Notes: a model not told the origin generated them from the letters alone. A DNA stretch of 61,278 nucleotides, filler included, from Stramenopiles sp. TOSAG23-6 (GCA_900128565.1; 19 parts of 19 records of this genome joined end to end with filler, not necessarily neighbours in it); one strand, 5' to 3'. Counted from the first letter of the whole stretch, positions 11,541-23,456 are shown. A program made the numbers and translations.

Positions 11541-12380
11541 ATGGCTGATCTTTTCCCTGTTTCAGCCACAAGTATCAGCGTGAAAAAGTCTCTCAATGCG
11601 AGAGATTCTTTCAAAAGAAAAGACAAAGCTGCATCAAAGTTGTATCATGATAACAAAAATAGCGCAAACGAAGCAAAAGAGGAACACACTAAGGGAGGGG
11701 AGTTCATTAAGTCGTTTGTTTTGGGTGGTTTGGATGGTATTATCACAACATTTGCAATTGTAGCCGCTGTTGAAGGCGGTAAGTTGAGTCGTGAGACGGC
11801 TATTTTGATGGGTTTAGCAAATCTGGTAGCAGATGCCATGTCTATGGGCTTTGGAGACTTTCTATCAGAACACGCTGAGCAAGCATTTATTAAAATGGAA
11901 CAGGCGCGAGAGGAATGGGAAGTAGAAAATCACATAGAGGGTGAGATTAGAGAAATGATTGAAATATATGAAGGAAAGGGTTTCACAAAAGAACATGCCA
12001 AGGAATATATTAAAATTCTCTCTAAGTATCCCCAAGCTTTCGTTGAAACGATGATGGTAAACGAGTTAGGTTTGATGCCCATTACAGATGAATATGATGA
12101 GTGGGAATGCCATAAGAAGGGGTTGATTACATTTGCCAGCTTTATCTGCTTTGGAAGTATTCCATTAGTATCGTACCTCTTATTATTTAATTTGAGCTCA
12201 TGGCGTTTTATTTTGGCAACTATTGCAACAATCACGACATTATTTTTACTAGGTATGTTCAAGTCAAAGTTTACAAGTCAGAATATGTTTACGAGTGGGG
12301 CATTGATGAGCTTGAATGGAAGTTTGGCCGCATCCGCTGCCTATGGCCTCGGAGTTTTATGTGAACATTTGACGAAATAA
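11541..12380 (+). CDS. VIT1/CCC1-family vacuolar iron/manganese transporter, intronless
   Basis: VLGGLDGIITTFAIV, GLANLVADAMSMGFGDFLS, MMVNELG, F..FGSIPL. Confidence 0.95.
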   Translation: MADLFPVSATSISVKKSLNARDSFKRKDKAASKLYHDNKNSANEAKEEHTKGGEFIKSFVLGGLDGIITTFAIVAAVEGGKLSRETAILMGLANLVADAMSMGFGDFLSEHAEQAFIKMEQAREEWEVENHIEGEIREMIEIYEGKGFTKEHAKEYIKILSKYPQAFVETMMVNELGLMPITDEYDEWECHKKGLITFASFICFGSIPLVSYLLLFNLSSWRFILATIATITTLFLLGMFKSKFTSQNMFTSGALMSLNGSLAASAAYGLGVLCEHLTK

Positions 12381-12479
12381 AAAAAAAGAAAAGTTGAAGT
12401 TTGTTATTTTATTGTTATTCCAAAGATTATCTCATTTACTCTAATATCCGGCTAATATCACCAGTAAAATTTAATGATT

Positions 12480-12835
12480 TTACTTAACTACAGTATCTAT
12501 ACCACTCGTATATAGCGCGAGCTGTACTGAATGTGCTGATGCATGAGATGCTACAGGATTAGACCGTGTGACAGCCATACCCGATTCGATCTTTTCGCCT
12601 TTTTTCTTTTCCTTTTCTTTTTCCGAATTTTCTGATTTTTTCTTTTGTCTTTCTTTTACACCCTCCGTCTCATCATCCATTTGTTTTACCCCAGCCACTT
12701 TGCGGTGACAATGGTGGCAAGAACTACAAATACAACAATATAAAAAGCTGCAGACAATAGCTACTGAAACCCCAGCGCCAATCCCAAAGAAAAAACTGTC
12801 AAAATGAAGCCATGCATTACAAATGGAATTCTCGC
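12480..12835 (-). CDS. Last exon of a single-pass membrane protein
   Basis: Open frame from a family acceptor (CATAATCCAT) through FFFGIGAGVSVAIVCSFLYCCIC to the stop at 12480. Confidence 0.55.
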
Positions 12836-13034
12836 ATGGATTATGAAAAAATATTTCAAAAAAAAAAACTAAAATTTGTTAGGTACAAAATTTNNNNNNN
12901 NNNNNNNNNNNNNNNNNNNNNNNNNNNNNNNNNNNNNTTAATTAATTAANNNNNNNNNNNNNNNNNNNNNNNNNNNNNNNNNNNNNNNNNNNNTTTTTTT
13001 TTTTTTTTGGTAAAAACAATTTTTTACCTAACGA

Positions 13035-13065
<31 letters not shown>

Positions 13066-13082
13066 TATTTTTCACAATACTT

Positions 13083-15409
13083 TGGAGAAGTTTGGTTTGG
13101 AAAATGGAATCGTGTTGATGTTGCTATAAAACGTTTTTTTCGTCCAAATGATTTTATTGATGATGAAAATTTACTTTTTGAAGAAAAGACTAGTTTTGAT
13201 GATGAAGAAATCTCAGTTTTTATGAAAACATCAAGACATAAAAGAATTGTATGTTTTTATGGTGCTGGCATTGATTCAGAAGGAAGAGAATTTATGTATG
13301 TTTTATTATTTTTCAATTTCGAATTTTTTTTTTCGTACGAAATTTTGTACCTAACGATTTTTTTTTGAAATATTTTTCTACAATACATGGTGTCTGAATT
13401 TATGGAAGGTGGGGCATTGTCGGATTTATTATGGGCAGAACCAAAAACAGTGATACCATGGGAAATGAAATTAATGTACTGTCGTGATATTGCAGAAGGA
13501 ATGGGTACGTTTTCATCATGAATTTTAATTTTGTTTTGATTTATTTCATACGAAATTTAAAATTTTGTACGTAATATAATTTTTATTTTTTTTTATTCGT
13601 ACCTAACAAATTTCAAATTTTTTTAAATATTTTTCACAAAACATCTTATTTACATAGAAATGGAGTGTTGCATAGAGACCTAAAGACCCCTAATATTCTT
13701 CTTGATATGAATGGAAATTGTAAAGTTGCTGATTTTGGTTTATCTAAAGTATTTGATAAAACTCTGGCAAGAAGAAAAAGTATAGGTTCAATACATAAAA
13801 ATAGTGAAATAGTATGTAATGATGTATTGCTTGAAAAAGAAGAAAAAAGAGACAATTGGTTTTCATCGCTTCGGAATCGAATCAAAACAATATGTAGTTT
13901 TTCTCAAAGTAATAAAAACAATACAAATGATAAAATTGTATCGTTTGATTCAAACCAAAAACAGCAAATAGATCAAAATAAAAATGTAACCAAAATCATA
14001 CCTCATGAAAAATGTATTGTACACAAAAATAATACTAAAACATCATTAAAAACTGAAATATCTAAAAATAATACTAAAAAATCATTAAAAACTGAAATAT
14101 CTAAAAAAAAGAGACCTGACGAAAATGATATAAAGGAAACAAAAGAATCGAATTTTTCAATTAGTAGTAGTATTTCAACACCCACAGTAGTGTTTCATCG
14201 AAGAAAAAAACATTTAAATAATGTATGTTTTCAAAATTGAATTTTTTAATCCATATTTTTTTTCATACGAAATTTTGTACCTAACAAGTTTTTTTTGTAG
14301 AAAAACAAAATATTTTTCACAAGACATGAAACTGCAAGTATAAGAAGAAGTAGTCGTTCGAATGATTCAAATGATTTCAATGATTCAGAAGATTGGAAAG
14401 ATTTTGAACAAACAATGACAACTGGAGTTGGGACTCCTTCTTGGATTCCACCTGAATTACAATCTTCAAACTCAAANTATGTACATTTTCATTTCAATTT
14501 CGAATTTATTTTCTTTTTCATAAAAAATTTCGTACCTGAAAAAATAAAAAATTTTAATATTTCTTCACAAATTATACTCGCTATGGTCACTATATTGATG
14601 TGTATGCATATGGAATTATTATGTGGGAAATTATGACTCAGGAACTACCTTGGCAGGAATATGTACATTTTCATCATTAATTTCAATATTTTTTTTTACT
14701 ATGAAAATTTTGTATCTAACTAAAAAATCAAATTTTTGAAATATTTTCCTAAAAATACAGAATCATTGGGCAGATATTCGGAGAGCTGTGAATAAAGGTC
14801 AACGACCAAAATCAGATAAAGAAGCAAAAATACGATTGAGTGCACCTGTTGGGTATTGTGAACTGATGGAAGAATGTTGGGATGTACGTTTTCATTATGA
14901 ATTTCAAATTTATTTTTTTTAGAAAAAATTTTACCTAATGTTTTTTTTTTAGATAATACTATTTTTTATCATGAATTTCAATTTTTTTTTTTTTCTAAAA
15001 AAAATATTTACCTAATCAATTTCAACATTTGACAACATATTTTTCACACTATATCAAGATCCTTTGAAAAGACCAGATTTTGAAAATATTTTCGACCGTG
15101 TATCAAGAATGTACGTTTTAATTATGAATTTCAAATTAATTTTTTTTTCGTACCAAATTTTGTACCTAACGATTTTCTTTTTTAAATATTTTTTCACAAT
15201 ATATGACTATACGGAATTCAGCGACATCACAAAAAGACAATTTTGCTTTGGATATGATTGATGAAACATCTGAAACTAATAGCTCAAATAATTCTAATAA
15301 TAACAACTCTATTGTGATTAATGTGATAGACACGAAATCTCAATCACNTATTGATGTTCTTTGTGGTAGTAATTGTAGTGATTCATTGATTGCTGACGAT
15401 GTGATGTAG
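13083..15409 (+). CDS. TKL-family protein kinase, catalytic domain and tail (8 exons; 5' end missing)
   Basis: [59 protein letters not shown]. Introns 13296-13388, 13505-13644, 14223-14327, 14481-14575, 14663-14760, 14884-15054, 15111-15204. Confidence 0.92.
13296..13388 (+). mobile_element. Representative introner-like intron (GT-AT); more than 45 full or partial family members in the window
   Basis: GTATGTTTT...TTTCGTACGAAATTTTGTACCTAAC...GAAATATTTTTCTACAATACAT, preceded by exon AT. Confidence 0.75.
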
Positions 15410-15597
15410 ATTTTGTTGATTCCATATTGACCAGATGTGTGAAAAATATTATACAATTGAATTGTAAAGAAAAAGAAAAAATATTTGTGATTTTTCTTAT
15501 ATCTATATGAAGCATTTTGCAGTGGCTTAATTATTGTAGTAATTAATAGTATGTAAAAAACAATAATAATTTATATTAATAGATAGGACAAATAAAT

Positions 15598-16134
15598 TCA
15601 AAAATCATCATCAAGCATTTCTTGTGCATCAGAATCACCAGCATTAGCCGATTTAGTCAACCACTTTTTAGCTTCTTCTTTGTCTTCAGCAACACCTTTA
15701 CCATAAAAATAACAATAACCAAGATTGTATTGTCCAACACTATTGCCAGCATTAGCAGATTTAGTATACCAGTGGAAAGCTTCTTTATAATCTTCAGCAA
15801 CACCTTGACCATAAAAATAACAATAACCAAGACTGTATTGCGCCGAATTATTTCCGGCATTAGCTGATTTAGTAAACCACTTGAAAGCTTCTTTTTCATC
15901 TTCAGCAACACCATGACCATAATAATAGCAATCGCCAAGATTACTTTGTCCACGACTATCGCCAGCATTAGCAGATTTAGTAAACCACTTGAAAGCTTCT
16001 TTTTTGTCTTCAGCGACACCATTACCATAATAACGGCAATTGCCAAGATTATTTTGTCCACGACTATTGCCAGCTTTAGCAGATTTAGTATACCACTTGA
16101 AAGCTTCTTTTTTGTCTTCAGCAACACCATGACC
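15598..16134 (-). CDS. Sel1-like repeat protein, 3' part (frame absent from the ORF track)
   Basis: Frame GHGVAEDKKEAFKWYTKSAKAGNSRGQNNLGNC with 108-bp repeats, ending DAQEMLDDDF-TGA. Confidence 0.88.
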   Translation of the reverse strand, partial: GHGVAEDKKEAFKWYTKSAKAGNSRGQNNLGNCRYYGNGVAEDKKEAFKWFTKSANAGDSRGQSNLGDCYYYGHGVAEDEKEAFKWFTKSANAGNNSAQYSLGYCYFYGQGVAEDYKEAFHWYTKSANAGNSVGQYNLGYCYFYGKGVAEDKEEAKKWLTKSANAGDSDAQEMLDDDF

Positions 16135-16236
16135 ATNNNNNNNNNNNNNNNNNNNNNNNNNNNNNNNNNNNNNNNNNNNNTTAATTAATTAANNNNNNNN
16201 NNNNNNNNNNNNNNNNNNNNNNNNNNNNNNNNNNNN

Positions 16237-17016
16237 ACATTGTGTTTACAATATCTCGATGAATCAAAAGGGTTTCTGTAGAGTTACACGCAGCTGGATA
16301 TGTTGTTTTTGCGTCAATCAAAACTCGAATTGCTTTTTTGACATTTGCATAAGCGTCAATATATATAGAACAAATTCCATCAGCATGTCCCAGAACAGGT
16401 ATTCTAGTTGTTTCCTTTATAGTTCTTACCAATTTGTTAGATCCACGTGGAATCACTAAATCAATCAGCTTATCCTGAGAAAGTAAATTAGCAACTTCTC
16501 CACGTTCGTGCACTAGCTGAACTGCGTTGACAGGTATTGCTGTTTCTGCGTCAAGTAATGCAGCTCGTATCATATCTACAAATATCTGGTTGGAATGGCG
16601 CGCTTCGCGGCCTCCTTTTAAAATTACCGCATTACCAGATTTGATAGCAAGTGATGTTATTTGAACAACAGCTTCCGGGCGAGCCTCAAAAATGACACAC
16701 AAGACACCTATAGGGCAACTTACACGGGTGAGCTCTAGATCACTATCAAGTAAGCGACGCATGGACACCTTACCAACAGGATCATCTAATTGTATTACCT
16801 GATTGATACCTTCTAAAAGTCCATCATATTTGGTGCCACCAAGTTCTAGGCGTTTATAGAGTTGCGGAGAAATCTTTTCTGAATTTGCAGACTTGTCTCG
16901 TTGATTTGCCTCAAGCACAACTTTCTTCGTATTTAAGTCCGCAAGTTTTGAGCAGATATACTCACCATATTCAGAGATGCGTCACGTGCTGCTTGGGCAA
17001 CTGCGGGAATGTCCAT
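16237..17016 (-). CDS. proA: Gamma-glutamyl phosphate reductase, 5' part (copy 1, frame break near codon 22)
   Basis: PIGVLCVIFEARP, KSGNAVILKGG, IDLVIPRGS, PVLGHADGIC, YPAACNSTETLL. Confidence 0.92.
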
Positions 17017-17291
17017 TTTAAAAATAAATTTCGTCTTCAATCGAAATATATGTTTAACATTAAACAAGACAAGAGAGTTTCTTTCTTCTTCTTTGTTGTT
17101 GACTCTTTCTTTGAAAACAAAAACCTTTTTTTTTGACTGGCCACGTGGCACGTGTTTGTTGACAACTTGACAATATTACCTACAATAATTATTATTGATG
17201 TTGACATCATTGTTCAGCCATTGTTCATTAGCTGCAGCTCTCCATTAATTAATATAGGATTACAATCTACTATTTCATCTGCGCCAAAATA

Positions 17292-17574
17292 ATGACAACA
17301 TCAAAAAATTGGTTAGAAGGCATCAAATTTGCGGAGCAGGCCATACAATTTGAAGAGGAAGGGAGTTTACAAGCAAGCAACGCAACTTTCATTAAAGCTC
17401 TTGACTTACTAGTGAAAGGATACACCGCCTCGAAAGAAAAGGAAAAGGCCATAATGATGGATACACTTTCTTCTTATATGAAACAAGCGGAGGCGGTAAA
17501 AACACGGCTTACGTCTACTTGTGTAAGTGTTAACGATGGAGCTTTACGTTTCTCAGGTCCGATAGACGAATCAT
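17292..17574 (+). CDS. MIT-domain protein, exon 1 (mirror copy 18042-18324). A second MIT exon lies scrambled at about 17686-17930.
   Basis: GIKFAEQAIQFEEEG..ATFIKALDLL..YMKQAE and GIKCVKRAIEVDGEG..LYVKACDFF fit MIT three-helix domains. Confidence 0.7.
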
Positions 17575-18599
17575 GTATGGGGCAAAATAATTTTTTTTAG
17601 TAAAAAAAATTGTTAGGTACATAATTTTATATGAAAAAAAATAAATTTGAAATTAAATTGGTAAAAAATTAAAATGAAAACGTACATGCTGAAGAGCAGA
17701 AACAAAAAAATCACAAGCTTTCACATACAAATTCATGGCGAGTGCTGTTTTGCCTTCACCATCAACTTCTATTGCACGCTTCACACATTTTATACCGGTT
17801 TCATAACTAGTATGAAGTTTACTACTAGAACATTCAGCGTGCAATAGAAGTTGATGGTGAAGGCAAAACAGCACTCGCCATGAATTTGTATGTGAAAGCT
17901 TGTGATTTTTTTGTTTCTGCTCTTCAGCATGTACGTTTTCATTTTAATTTTTTACCAATTTAATTTCAAATTTATTTTTTTTCATATAAAATTATGTACC
18001 TAACAATTTTTTTTACTAAAAAAAATTATTTTGCCCCATACATGATTCGTCTATCGGACCTGAGAAACGTAAAGCTCCATCGTTAACACTTACACAAGTA
18101 GACGTAAGCCGTGTTTTTACCGCCTCCGCTTGTTTCATATAAGAAGAAAGTGTATCCATCATTATGGCCTTTTCCTTTTCTTTCGAGGCGGTGTATCCTT
18201 TCACTAGTAAGTCAAGAGCTTTAATGAAAGTTGCGTTGCTTGCTTGTAAACTCCCTTCCTCTTCAAATTGTATGGCCTGCTCCGCAAATTTGATGCCTTC
18301 TAACCAATTTTTTGATGTTGTCATTATTTTGGCGCAGATGAAATAGTAGATTGTAATCCTATATTAATTAATGGAGAGCTGCAGCTAATGAACAATGGCT
18401 GAACAATGATGTCAACATCAATAATAATTATTGTAGGTAATATTGTCAAGTTGTCAACAAACACGTGCCACGTGGCCAGTCAAAAAAAAAGGTTTTTGTT
18501 TTCAAAGAAAGAGTCAACAACAAAGAAGAAGAAAGAAACTCTCTTGTCTTGTTTAATGTTAAACATATATTTCGATTGAAGACGAAATTTATTTTTAAA

Positions 18600-19379
18600 A
18601 TGGACATTCCCGCAGTTGCCCAAGCAGCACGTGACGCATCTCTGAATATGGTGAGTATATCTGCTTATGAAAGAAATAGGGCGCTTGAGGGAAAGTTGTG
18701 CTTGAGGCAAATCAACGAGACAAGTCTGCAAATTCAGAAAAGATTTCTCCGCAACTCTATAAACGCCTAGAACTTGGTGGCACCAAATATGATGGACTTT
18801 TAGAAGGTATCAATCAGGTAATACAATTAGATGATCCTGTTGGTAAGGTGTCCATGCGTCGCTTACTTGATAGTGATCTAGAGCTCACCCGTGTAAGTTG
18901 CCCTATAGGTGTCTTGTGTGTCATTTTTGAGGCTCGCCCGGAAGCTGTTGTTCAAATAACATCACTTGCTATCAAATCTGGTAATGCGGTAATTTTAAAA
19001 GGAGGCCGCGAAGCGCGCCATTCCAACCAGATATTTGTAGATATGATACGAGCTGCATTACTTGACGCAGAAACAGCAATACCTGTCAACGCAGTTCAGC
19101 TAGTGCACGAACGTGGAGAAGTTGCTAATTTACTTTCTCAGGATAAGCTGATTGATTTAGTGATTCCACGTGGATCTAACAAATTGGTAAGAACTATAAA
19201 GGAAACAACTAGAATACCTGTTCTGGGACATGCTGATGGAATTTGTTCTATATATATTGACGCTTATGCAAATGTCAAAAAAGCAATTCGAGTTTTGATT
19301 GACGCAAAAACAACATATCCAGCTGCGTGTAACTCTACAGAAACCCTTTTGATTCATCGAGATATTGTAAACACAATGT
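18600..19379 (+). CDS. proA: Gamma-glutamyl phosphate reductase, 5' part (inverted copy 2, frame break near codon 30)
   Basis: Mirror image of 16237-17016 except for about 25 nt. Confidence 0.9.
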
Positions 19380-19799
19380 NNNNNNNNNNNNNNNNNNNNN
19401 NNNNNNNNNNNNNNNNNNNNNNNTTAATTAATTAANNNNNNNNNNNNNNNNNNNNNNNNNNNNNNNNNNNNNNNNNNNNGTTTTGAAATATTGCTACGAA
19501 GTGTGCCAATAATAGCAACCCTTGGTTATATTAAATCGAAGCTATAGAACACTTGCTAACTACTGTAGCACTCGACTAAAGCTTACGTACCGGTACGTAA
19601 CTGCCTTCCTTGTTTTGACAGCAAAAGATGAGATGTCATGACAGAAACAGCTATATATAGTACTAGCTAGAACTGGTACGTACCCACGTAGTTGCGACTA
19701 CAGTAGCCAGTGGCGGTACTAGTGCAGCAACCGAAACACCCATTTTCCCACACAAATCTGATACATGTAAATAATTAATAAAGACATGTCTAGAATATA

Positions 19800-21039
19800 A
19801 TGAATAGTCTACCCCCACTGCCAGAAGCTCTTCGAAAACATGCGACTGTCGCTGCAACGCGAGTGTGGCAGTCACTTTTACCTGCACGGACCAAAGCTTC
19901 TTGGGCTCTTTGTAGAATCCCTCCTTGGATAGGTTTTGTACGGCATCATCCAGTATCCGAACCTTGTAGGATGGTATTTCTTGCGCTTAAAATTAGTGAT
20001 TGGGAATTAAAAATACTGCATCGTGTTTTTCTCATGATTGACGAAGACAAGAGTGGTTTAGTTAGTTTACATGAGTTCTACAAGTTTTTCAAATTTTTTC
20101 AAGTGACTACAATGGTATCTTATAGTTTTTAGAAAACATACTGTAGCAGCACTATTATTTTTCATAATTATCCTTATTTATTTCATTATGATGTATTCAT
20201 TACACACAAAACATGGATGCCGAATATTTCATTTTTTTGATGCAAATGGAAAGCGAGAATTAGATTTTCATTCTTTTGTAGTTTGTGCTTGGTGCTTCTG
20301 CTATAATGATGAAGAAGATATTCTTGCATTTATCTTTGACTTATACGACGAAGATAACAGTGGTGGTATGGATTATCATGAATTAAAAGAATTCTTCACA
20401 CAAGTAAATGGTACCGCAAAAAAGATACCTTTCAATACCACTGAACTTCTTGAATTATATTATGGAACAGAGGACGTCTTGTCCAAAGAAAATTTCATAG
20501 ATTGGGTCATGCAACATAAATGTAGCTTTACTCCTATATTTTCACTACGAAAGGCCATGCGAGTTCGTATATTTGGATCTGTGGTATGGTCGCCTAAATA
20601 TAGACCCCCACCGAGATTTTTGACAAATACTTATTTAAAGCAGTGTTTAGCAAAAGACAAAAATCTAAAATCTGTACCAAATATTGAAGAAGATGACTTT
20701 GATTGGAAACAAACCACATTTGATAATGTGAGTCATAATAGTCTGACTAATTGTATTGGTGGTCGAGAGAGATGGAAAGCGAATTATGAAATGAAACTGT
20801 GGAGAATGAAAAGAGATAAGTACGGAAGAGAATTTTGGTACAACACAAAAACAAAAAAAGTCCAATGGGAAAAACCAGATTTTAGGCCTGAAAAATGGCA
20901 GCAACCAGAATATAAACAATGGAAACTGAGAATGTGGAAAAAAAGGAGGAAAAAACAAGCTTTGATTAGAAGATTAAATATGTTAAGTAAACAAGCATCA
21001 TTTGAAGAAGAAGATTTGTTGCTTGACGAAGATTTATAG
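19800..21039 (+). CDS. EF-hand (calcineurin-B/recoverin-like) protein with WW domain (exons 19800-20114, 20215-21039)
   Basis: DEDKSGLVSLHE, DANGKRELDFHS, DEDNSGGMDYHE; WW domain WRMKRDKYGREFWYNTKTKKVQWEKP. Confidence 0.85.
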
Positions 21040-21130
21040 GGGAAACACTGGCGTTTTATAAATAAACATGATAATTATACTATTCAAATCACAACTATGC
21101 GAATAATTTCCATGCCACTGTCAAGTAGAA

Positions 21131-21619
21131 TTATGATTTAACACACCAGCAACAAGGCGTAGCAGTTTCTGATACTGACATGCAAGGCCCTGATTGGTAG
21201 CATGCCCATGTTCCTCGTTCGGCATCAACCAATACAAGTTGGAATTCAGTTCCACTGTTATCTCTTCCTTGCCAACTTTCGTTTGTGGGTTTGTTGCACC
21301 AACACTCACACAAGGGCCCCAATATTAGAAGATTGACGCAACAGAAATCGAACATAGGAGACCATAGGCAACCTTTCTTGCCACAAAAATAACACCACTT
21401 AGAGTATCCAACTGGGTTACCTGGGCAACTTGCACAATGCACTTTATACCAACCAGGCTCTTTTGTTTGATTATTAATTGATGCTGAATATCGACTTGCT
21501 TCCCCAAAAGTGACAGGTTTAAATTGCCTTGCCCTTCCCGGAACTGAGTTATCATCATTTCTTTGCATATCCACTTTCGTTTTTGGCATGCTGCCTGAAT
21601 TTGAGACGACGACTGACAT
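21131..21619 (-). CDS. Cys/Trp-rich hypothetical protein
   Basis: Intact ORF from ATG 21619, head-to-head with the GBP gene. No family recognised. Confidence 0.6.
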   Translation of the reverse strand: MSVVVSNSGSMPKTKVDMQRNDDNSVPGRARQFKPVTFGEASRYSASINNQTKEPGWYKVHCASCPGNPVGYSKWCYFCGKKGCLWSPMFDFCCVNLLILGPLCECWCNKPTNESWQGRDNSGTEFQLVLVDAERGTWACYQSGPCMSVSETATPCCWCVKS

Positions 21620-21875
21620 TTTTGCTCGATTTTTGGACGGTGCAGATATTGCAGGCAGGTACAGAGAAGGATCCACATTTCACGGCTTTGTAAAGTATCT
21701 TTTTCAAACTTCAAAAATCTTCAAAAAAATTTGCTATTATAGTGGCTAGGTTATTATTTATTAGGGTTAGGGTATTAAATTTTGCCATCATCAATGACCG
21801 AATGTGACCGAATCATCATTTCATCCTTAGAATTGTTTTCACAAGCTCATAGTTTTATATATTTGGATTAATAAT

Positions 21876-22620
21876 ATGGCCATGTCTGGTTCAGTTGCAT
21901 CCCTTCTTGATGTCAACGCCGACAATAGCTTATGTATTAACGAGAATGCAGCAGCATTAATATCCGCTATTGATATTCCAATCGCTGTCGTTGTGCTCGC
22001 TGGTCCATATCGATCAGGTAAGAGCTTCCTTCTTAGTTCTTTATCCGGTACTACTACTGATGGTGTGAAGCCTTTGGCAAAATTCCAAGTGGGTCATAGC
22101 ATCAAGTCTTGCACAAAGGGCATTTGGTGCTATACGCGACCCATTAAAGGTGTCTTCCAATCTGGTAAAGAAAAAGAAGCTGTTTTACTATTAGATACAG
22201 AAGGCTTAGGTGCTACTGATACCGCCAAAGGACATGATAATAGAATATTCACTTTATCTGCTTTAATTGCAACTAAAATGGTATATAATAGTGTGGGATC
22301 TATTGATGAAAAAAGTATTACAAAACTGTCATTTGTAACTGAATTATCCAAACTGGTTTCTGCCCAGGGCGACTCTCCTCTTCAAAATTTCTTTCCATCA
22401 TTTACGTGGATTTTGCGTGATTTCTCGCTTTCTTTGCGCGATGCAACGGGGAAGAATATCTCTCCCAATCAATATATGGAAAATAATTTAAAGAAACTAT
22501 CTGGTTTCAGTAAAGAAATTATGAGACGAAATAAAGTTTGTGGAATGTTGAAAACGTTTTTTCCTGAAAGGGACTGTGTCACTTTAGTACGACCTGCAGA
22601 AGATGAAAATGTATTACAAG
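21876..22620 (+). CDS. Guanylate-binding protein (GBP/atlastin GTPase family), N-terminal part
   Basis: GPYRSGKSFLL, SCTKGIW, LLDTEG, FPSFTWILRDF, FFPERDC.TLVRP. Confidence 0.93.
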
Positions 22621-22721
22621 NNNNNNNNNNNNNNNNNNNNNNNNNNNNNNNNNNNNNNNNNNNNTTAATTAATTAANNNNNNNNNNNNNNNNNNNNNNNN
22701 NNNNNNNNNNNNNNNNNNNNT

Positions 22722-23456
22722 TGTACTAATGGTTTTCTTAATGCAGATAATGATGCCAGTAATGGTTGTGAAAAATCATGCACCAACAGGGCAAATTCAA
22801 CGTGTACTAAATGCACTTCAAATGACAAATGTACTGCTTTAACTTGTACTAATGGTTTTCTTAATGCAGATAATGATGCCAGTAATGGTTGTGAAAAATC
22901 ATGCACCAACAGGGCAAATTCAACGTGTACTAAATGCACTTCAAATGACAAATGTACTGCTTTAACTTGCAAAAATGGATGGTCTAATAATGATGGGAAG
23001 ATTACAAATGGTTGTGAAGTGAAAAACCTTGTTGTAAAGGATAACTCAGGGAGCAATAACACTGAGACGAAAACGAATAAAAACAAAAATGAGACCCAAA
23101 ACTATAAAAATACAAAAAACAAAGTTAATGATACCGATGATGGGACATCCATAGGTCTTATTATTGGCTTGGTCCTCGGTGGTTTATCCTGTTTCATTTG
23201 TTGTGTGTTTTTAGCGCTATTACGCAAAAGGCGGAATAGAGACAAAGATGAGTCTGTAACTATGAGTACACCTGCAAATTTCATTCAACCTGAAAATGTT
23301 GCAGATAATTCAAAACTTCAAGTTACTGTTCGTGTGAATGATAAAAATATGGCAAGCGCAGAAATTAGTAGTAGTGATGAGCAGGGTGAAGATGATGCCC
23401 CACAAGAAAAAGTAGGACCATCTACTCCTTTACTTTCAAAAAAGTCTTTAATGTAA
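22722..23456 (+). CDS. Type I membrane protein, 3' part: Cys-rich 41-aa repeats, spacer, transmembrane helix, cytosolic tail
   Basis: CTNGFLNADNDASNGCEKSCTNRANSTCTKCTSNDKCTALT twice (123-bp direct repeat), then IGLIIGLVLGGLSCFICCVFLALL-RKRR. Confidence 0.8.
   Translation, partial: CTNGFLNADNDASNGCEKSCTNRANSTCTKCTSNDKCTALTCTNGFLNADNDASNGCEKSCTNRANSTCTKCTSNDKCTALTCKNGWSNNDGKITNGCEVKNLVVKDNSGSNNTETKTNKNKNETQNYKNTKNKVNDTDDGTSIGLIIGLVLGGLSCFICCVFLALLRKRRNRDKDESVTMSTPANFIQPENVADNSKLQVTVRVNDKNMASAEISSSDEQGEDDAPQEKVGPSTPLLSKKSLM

Larger units (their letters stand above)
16237..19379. repeat. Whole-contig fold-back inverted duplication (centre about 17808)
   Basis: Mirror coordinates of proA and MIT; typical of amplification chimeras. 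Confidence 0.9.

Noticed and set aside
13294-13386. Reading the introns as AT-AC (shifted 2 nt upstream), i.e. classical U12 type
   Set aside because: The shift creates a TAG stop at 14663-14760, changes GMAYLH to GISYLH and GMDS NYRE to KYRE. The U12 donor ATATCCTT is absent.
16920-16955. Different frameshifted N-termini in the two proA copies as programmed frameshifting or alleles
   Set aside because: Each copy seems to hold a complementary piece of the expected helix (YERNRALEG versus KLADLNTK), which points to an assembly error.
16237-19379. Giant palindromes (also 48566-51677) as biological structures
   Set aside because: They span whole contigs and truncate genes symmetrically, which fits amplification fold-back chimeras. 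A small inversion at 9749-9785 versus 10092-10128 fits the same cause.
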